Shown: positions 6,635 to 11,136 of the stretch, piece after piece
Layout: each line of letters opens with the position of its first letter
Numbering within the stretch: position 1 is the first letter of the stretch
Assembly (NCBI GenBank): GCA_963737265.1
Contig: CAVTRY010000003.1
Span: 1 to 11,136 of the forward strand
Direction: 5' to 3'
Source of the DNA: an uncultured delta proteobacterium
Lineage (GTDB): Bacteria > Myxococcota_A > Polyangia > Fen-1088
Length of the DNA stretch: 11,136 bases
Notes under the pieces: generated by a model
Seen by the model: the letters and a program-made list of their open reading frames with translations, nothing else
Told to the model about the DNA's origin: nothing
The model's database searches: none
Position numbers and translations under genes: made by a program

Positions 6635-8215
6635 ATGACGAACCGGGAACTTCCATGCTTGCTTGTCATCTTCGGCGCCTCGGGTGACCTCACCCGGCGC
6701 AAACTCATTCCCGCGCTCTTCGAGCTTTTCGCGGCGGGTATTTTGCCCGAGGGTTTGGCCGTTCTCGGCATCAGCCGAACCGCGCTCGGCGACGACGGCT
6801 TTCGCGAGCGGTGCAAGCCAGGATGCGCCGACCGCCGCGGATTTTCCCAAGCCGCGTGGAACGACTTCGCGCGTCGGCTTCACTATCACGCAGCCGACGC
6901 CGCCCGTGCCGACGATTGGCCGCGCATCACGCAGGAGCTGCAGCGGCAGTGCGAAAGTTACCACACGGCAGGGAACACGCTGTTCTATCTATCGGTCGCG
7001 CCCGAGCTCTATCAGCCGATCATCGCCAATCTCGGCGCCGCCGACCTCGTCAAGGGCGGCAAACATTGGTGTCAGAACGCGGAGCCGAGCTCGCCACGCC
7101 AGCGCATCATCGTGGAAAAGCCCTTCGGTTCGGACCTTGCCTCGGCCGAGGAGCTCAACCGCGCCCTCGGGCGCGTCTTCGACGACGAAGATGTCTTCCG
7201 CATCGACCACTATCTCGGCAAGGAGACGGTGCAGAATCTGCTCATCTTCCGCTTCGCCAATCTGCTCTTCGAGCCGCTGTGGAATCGCCGCTACGTCGAC
7301 AACGTGCAAATCACCGCGGCCGAAACCGTGGGGCTCGAAGGCCGCGCGGGTTACTACGACGGCATCGGCGCCATGCGCGACATGATTCAGAGCCATCTCC
7401 TCCAGCTCATGGCCGTGGTCGCGATGGAGCCGCCGAGCGCATTCCGCGCCGCGGATCTGCGCAGCGAGCAGCGCCAGGTCCTGGAAGCCGTGCGCCCCAT
7501 CGCCCACGACGAGGTTCCAGCGGTCGCCGTGCGCGGCCAGTACGGGCGGGGCGAGGCGAACGGCGGCAACCTTGCGAGCTATCGCGAAGAACCTGGCGTC
7601 ACGCCCGGCACCAACTGCGAGACCTACGTGGCTCTCAAATTGCTCATCGACAACTGGCGCTGGGAAGGCGTGCCGTTCTTTCTGCGCACCGGCAAGCGCA
7701 TGCACCGCAAGCTGACCCAGTTCGTGATCAATTTCAAACCAGCGCCGCATCTCTTTCGCAACGTCGACGGCGGCCACGTGCGGCCTCGCCACAACCAACT
7801 CGTGGTCAACGTGCAGCCCGACGAGGGCATCAGCCTACGCTTCGAGGGCAAGGTGCCGGGTCAGGGCATGCACCTCAAATCCGCCTTGCTCGACTTCGAC
7901 TACAAGGAGCAGTTCAAGGCCGCACCCTTCGAGGCCTATGGAATGCTGCTCCTGGAAGCCATCAGGGGCGATCAGGCGCACTTCAAGGATCGCCACGAGG
8001 TCGAGGCCGCGTGGCGAATCGTCATGCCCGTGCTCGATCACTGGCGCGATCATCCAGGCGAGGGCCTCGAAACCTACGCCTCGGGAAGCTGGGGACCCGC
8101 CGGAGCCGACGCCCTGATTCGGCCGTTCGGCAAGTGGCGCAATCCCGAAACGCAGGGTTCGCGCGCGGATGGACCGCGCACCGGTGAATCGGGAGACCCG
8201 GAGACTGGTTCCTGA
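6635..8215 (+). CDS. zwf: Glucose-6-phosphate 1-dehydrogenase
   Basis: [18 protein letters not shown] (nucleotide binding), [21 protein letters not shown] (active site), [33 protein letters not shown]. Start ATG 6635 preferred; 6623 or 6590 possible. Confidence 0.98.
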   Translation: MTNRELPCLLVIFGASGDLTRRKLIPALFELFAAGILPEGLAVLGISRTALGDDGFRERCKPGCADRRGFSQAAWNDFARRLHYHAADAARADDWPRITQELQRQCESYHTAGNTLFYLSVAPELYQPIIANLGAADLVKGGKHWCQNAEPSSPRQRIIVEKPFGSDLASAEELNRALGRVFDDEDVFRIDHYLGKETVQNLLIFRFANLLFEPLWNRRYVDNVQITAAETVGLEGRAGYYDGIGAMRDMIQSHLLQLMAVVAMEPPSAFRAADLRSEQRQVLEAVRPIAHDEVPAVAVRGQYGRGEANGGNLASYREEPGVTPGTNCETYVALKLLIDNWRWEGVPFFLRTGKRMHRKLTQFVINFKPAPHLFRNVDGGHVRPRHNQLVVNVQPDEGISLRFEGKVPGQGMHLKSALLDFDYKEQFKAAPFEAYGMLLLEAIRGDQAHFKDRHEVEAAWRIVMPVLDHWRDHPGEGLETYASGSWGPAGADALIRPFGKWRNPETQGSRADGPRTGESGDPETGS

Positions 8216-9000
8216 TGCCGGCGTCTGCCCCTTCCCCTTCCGGCCTGCGCGGCGAGCAGGTGGTGAGCCCGACGCCCGAGGAGGCATCCCAGCGCCTGGC
8301 CCACGCCTTGGTGCAACACCTCAAGCAGCGCCTGGTGTCGATGGCGCAGGTCCATCTGGCGCTTTCGGGTGGTTCATCGGCGAAGCTCCTGTGCGCCGAG
8401 CTTTCCGGCGGTACCGAGCTCAGTCACGCGGACTGGGTGCGCATCCACATTTGGATGGTCGACGAGCGTTGTGTCGGCACCGGCGATCCCCGTTTGAACT
8501 TCACCTTGATCCGCGAACGGTTGGTCGAGAAAGTTCCACTCCCGGCGACCAACGTTCATCCCATGCCGGTCCTGCAGGCGGATGGCGCCGCTCGCTACGA
8601 GCGCGAGCTGCGTGAGGCGTTGGCGGCGCGGCCGGACATCGAGCATCGACGCCTCGATGCCGTGGTGCTGGGCATGGGCCCGGACGGACACACAGCGAGC
8701 CTTTTTCCCGTAACGCCCGCCCTCGACGAGCGCGAGCGGTTGATTGTACTGAATGATGGCGAACGGGTCATCGCACCGCGTCCGCGCATGACCATGACCT
8801 ATCCGCTGCTCAACCATGCGTGCTTCATTGCGCTGCTGGTGACCGGTGAAAGCAAACACGAAGCCTTGTGCGCAGTCGCGGCCAACCCGGACGATTTCCA
8901 CTCCCGCCCCGTGGCCGGCGTGATTCCAGCGGCGGACACACGCATGATTTGGTTCCTCGACGATGCGGCGGCCTACTTGCGATCGGGCAACAATTCGTAG
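8215..9000 (+). CDS. pgl: 6-phosphogluconolactonase (DevB/Pgl type)
   Basis: LALSGGSS, WMVDERCV, LGMGPDGHTASLFP, RMTMTYPLLN, LLVTGESK, WFLDDAAA. The ATG overlaps the zwf stop (TGATG). Confidence 0.96.
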   Translation: MPASAPSPSGLRGEQVVSPTPEEASQRLAHALVQHLKQRLVSMAQVHLALSGGSSAKLLCAELSGGTELSHADWVRIHIWMVDERCVGTGDPRLNFTLIRERLVEKVPLPATNVHPMPVLQADGAARYERELREALAARPDIEHRRLDAVVLGMGPDGHTASLFPVTPALDERERLIVLNDGERVIAPRPRMTMTYPLLNHACFIALLVTGESKHEALCAVAANPDDFHSRPVAGVIPAADTRMIWFLDDAAAYLRSGNNS

Positions 9001-10439
9001 ACCGCCCCGGTGCTGGCCAGCATCACCAGTCCGGCGATGAACACGACGGGGCTGGCGGTGAGAACAGGATCCTGAAACGACTCCGTGCCCACGCGACTGC
9101 ACAGCAAAAATCCCACGCCGGTGGCCGCAAACCCGAAGCCAAACCAAATTCCCGTCACCACGGCTCGGCGACGATCCGGTGCCGCGCGCGGCAGGGTCCG
9201 CGTGTCGAACGCGAGCGGTGCGAAAGGAATCAACCATACCGCCGGCAGCAACGCCAAAATGCAGAGAGCGACGGTACCGAGAGCCACCGCGCCTTCGACC
9301 CAGCTTGGACAATAGACGCCGGGACGGTAGGGCAGCGAGAGCCCATGCGTCTGCCAGGCAACAAGAAGTAAATAGCGCTGTAGAAAAGCCGCGACCGATG
9401 TCAGCGCGCCCGCGACGATCACGATGCGCGGTTTGAGGTTCCTTCGCCGTGCTGAATGCCACAGCAGTCCGGCCGCGACGTTAAGACAGCCAATCTCGCA
9501 CCAAAACAGCGGGGCGTAGGCGGGGTCGAGCAAGGCCCGAGCGTAATGGACCACGGCCGCTTCGCGGGATAGCAGTCCGGCAATCTCGGCCGCTGTCACG
9601 GAAAGCAGAGAAAGCGAGATGGTCGCGAGAAGCACGCGGCCAACGCGCGCGTGAGCACGCGGTTGAAGTCCCGCGGAGGTGCCAGCGAAATATTCCACCA
9701 GCCCGGCAGCGACAGCCAGCAGGCCTAGGCCGCCGGCTCCTACCACGAAAAGGAAGGCCGTGACCTCAATCATCGTCACGAACAACGGTCGGCCTGGCCG
9801 TACGGTGAAAATGATCGCCAGCGCCGTGAGCGGGGCCAGCAACGCGGGAAGCATCAGCAGCGACGTCCAGAACCCGACGCTTTGCCGTCGAGCGCGCTCG
9901 GCCAGGGTGCCGCTGTAGCGGGCAGCAAGCAAACGTTGAAACGGCTGCCAGCGCGACGGGCGTTTCGCGTATTCGGCCAAATCCGGCCGACGCGCAAGCA
10001 CGCAGTGGACCAGGCTGCCGTACAAGCAGACGGAGATCACCATCGTAAAGGTAACGAAGAACGACGACCGTGGCCGCGCGAACCGCAAGAGATTCACCAG
10101 CGCGACGAAGGGTCGGCCCTGGTCGGCGACCACGGAAACCGCGGCGCCGAGGAAGCAGGCGATGGCAACCGGCATGGCAACACGGGCCAGCGTCTCCAGA
10201 TTGCGGTCGCGTGAAAATCGCGCCACGCACGCCGCCGCCATCACTGCGATGCCGGACCCGAGAAAAAATCCGTCCATCGCGACGTACAGGCCCCACACCG
10301 CGCCACCCGCGCCGATGGTCCGCATCCCCGTCACAACATCCCCGTGCGAGAGCTGCTGCATGAATGCGGCAATCCCCACGGCGACAAATCCCGCCAACAA
10401 GACGATCGCGACAAGGGTCCAGCGCCGCCCGAACGTCAC
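8973..10439 (-). CDS. NrfD/PsrC-family polytopic membrane subunit (DsrP/QrcD-like), ~488 aa
   Basis: GTG 10439 overlaps the upstream TGA (GTGA). Motifs VTGM...VWGLYVA..F..G.G, ADQGRP...NL...RPRS, and QRYLLLV...YCPSWVE; many hydrophobic helices. This is the C-terminal part of the ORF track's 720-aa ORF. Confidence 0.85.
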   Translation of the reverse strand: MTFGRRWTLVAIVLLAGFVAVGIAAFMQQLSHGDVVTGMRTIGAGGAVWGLYVAMDGFFLGSGIAVMAAACVARFSRDRNLETLARVAMPVAIACFLGAAVSVVADQGRPFVALVNLLRFARPRSSFFVTFTMVISVCLYGSLVHCVLARRPDLAEYAKRPSRWQPFQRLLAARYSGTLAERARRQSVGFWTSLLMLPALLAPLTALAIIFTVRPGRPLFVTMIEVTAFLFVVGAGGLGLLAVAAGLVEYFAGTSAGLQPRAHARVGRVLLATISLSLLSVTAAEIAGLLSREAAVVHYARALLDPAYAPLFWCEIGCLNVAAGLLWHSARRRNLKPRIVIVAGALTSVAAFLQRYLLLVAWQTHGLSLPYRPGVYCPSWVEGAVALGTVALCILALLPAVWLIPFAPLAFDTRTLPRAAPDRRRAVVTGIWFGFGFAATGVGFLLCSRVGTESFQDPVLTASPVVFIAGLVMLASTGAVYELLPDRK

Positions 10440-11135
10440 CGCTGGCCCCGTAGATAGACTACCTTGGGTCCGGTACCGAGATGAGCGAGCAGCCGCAGGG
10501 CGCGGGGACTTTCGGCCAGGATCGACACGGCGGACGCGGGATCCGCCAGGTCGCCGAAGGTGATCGCGTGCGACGGACACGTAGCTGCGCAAGCGGGAAG
10601 TCTTGTCCAATCCGCATCGACCAGGGTCCGATCCTCGAAGTCGAGCACGTTCGAGCGCGGCCCGGATTCGGTGCTGGCAGAGGGTGCATTTTTCCACCAC
10701 GCCGACGGGCCGAACCGCCACGTCCGGGTTGACGCTGCTGGGATCTCGCCCCGGCCATTCCGGCCGGGTCCAGTTGAAATAACGACGGCCGTAGGGACAG
10801 GCCACCATGCAGTAGCGACAGCCGATGCAGCGATCCCATATCTGCGCCACCACACCATCGTCGCTCTGATAGGTCGCCCCCACGGGGCACACCTTCACGC
10901 ACTCGGGGCGCTCGCAGTGCATGCAGGGAATGGGTGCGGGTGCCGCGCCCAATTCCGACCCCAGACGCGTGGCATCGGGGACCAGCATGTCCATCCAGTG
11001 AATCGGACGGGTTTTGTCCGATTTCTCTCGACCGAGGGGTGGAATGTTGTTTTCCGCGGCGCAGGCGACGACGCAAGCGCAGCAACGCACGCAGCGATCG
11101 AGATCGATGGCGATCCCCCAGCGACGGATGGGCAC
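10436..11135 (-). CDS. NrfC/DsrO/QrcC-like four-cluster [4Fe-4S] electron-transfer subunit, ~232 aa after correcting one +1 frame break (~10638-10639); start at window edge is uncertain
   Basis: RWGIAIDLDRCVRCCACVVAC, CMHCERPECVKVCP, CIGCRYCMVACP, VEKCTLC; the completing PACAATCP...ITFGDL...LGTGPKVVYL* is in the next frame (ORF 10436..10858). Confidence 0.9.
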
Positions 11136-11136
11136 G

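Noticed and set aside
4190-9462. Long alternative-frame ORFs (4190..5260 beyond ~4343, 6811..8187, 6989..7798, 8374..9462 and similar)
   Set aside because: Motif-free, mostly Arg/Ala/Gly-rich translations overlapping well-supported genes; expected from GC bias.
8973-11135. 720-aa NrfC-NrfD fusion in the ORF track
   Set aside because: The fused frame lacks the final PACxxxCP cluster motif, which lies in the next frame and ends at a TGA overlapping the NrfD GTG. One extra base at ~10638-10639 explains it; likely a sequencing artefact.

Overview
High-GC bacterial window, most likely from a myxobacterium or related deltaproteobacterium (inferred from a RomR-like polarity gene). Left to right: the 5' part of valS (minus strand, runs off the window; missing from the ORF track); a RomR-like gene (receiver, Pro-rich linker, helical C-terminus) directly upstream of valS; a divergent three-gene unit encoding a small YfiM/DUF2279-like membrane protein, a LOG-family phosphoribohydrolase and a beta-CASP metallo-beta-lactamase nuclease; an orphan HPr-kinase-like P-loop protein (minus); a ~280 bp intergenic region with a nested stem structure, a purine-rich GAAGATGG repeat and a palindrome; zwf-pgl; and a convergent NrfC/NrfD-like (DsrO/P- or QrcC/D-type) Fe-S and membrane-anchor pair at the right edge. 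Five reading-frame breaks (2 in LOG, 2 in the nuclease, 1 in the Fe-S gene) can each be repaired by removing one base and look like sequencing insertions; one creates the false 720-aa fusion in the ORF track. The best candidates for new biology are the coupled LOG + beta-CASP module, the orphan kinase with its structured upstream region, and the RomR-valS/PopZ-valS parallel. All calls are by motif recognition only; no searches were run.
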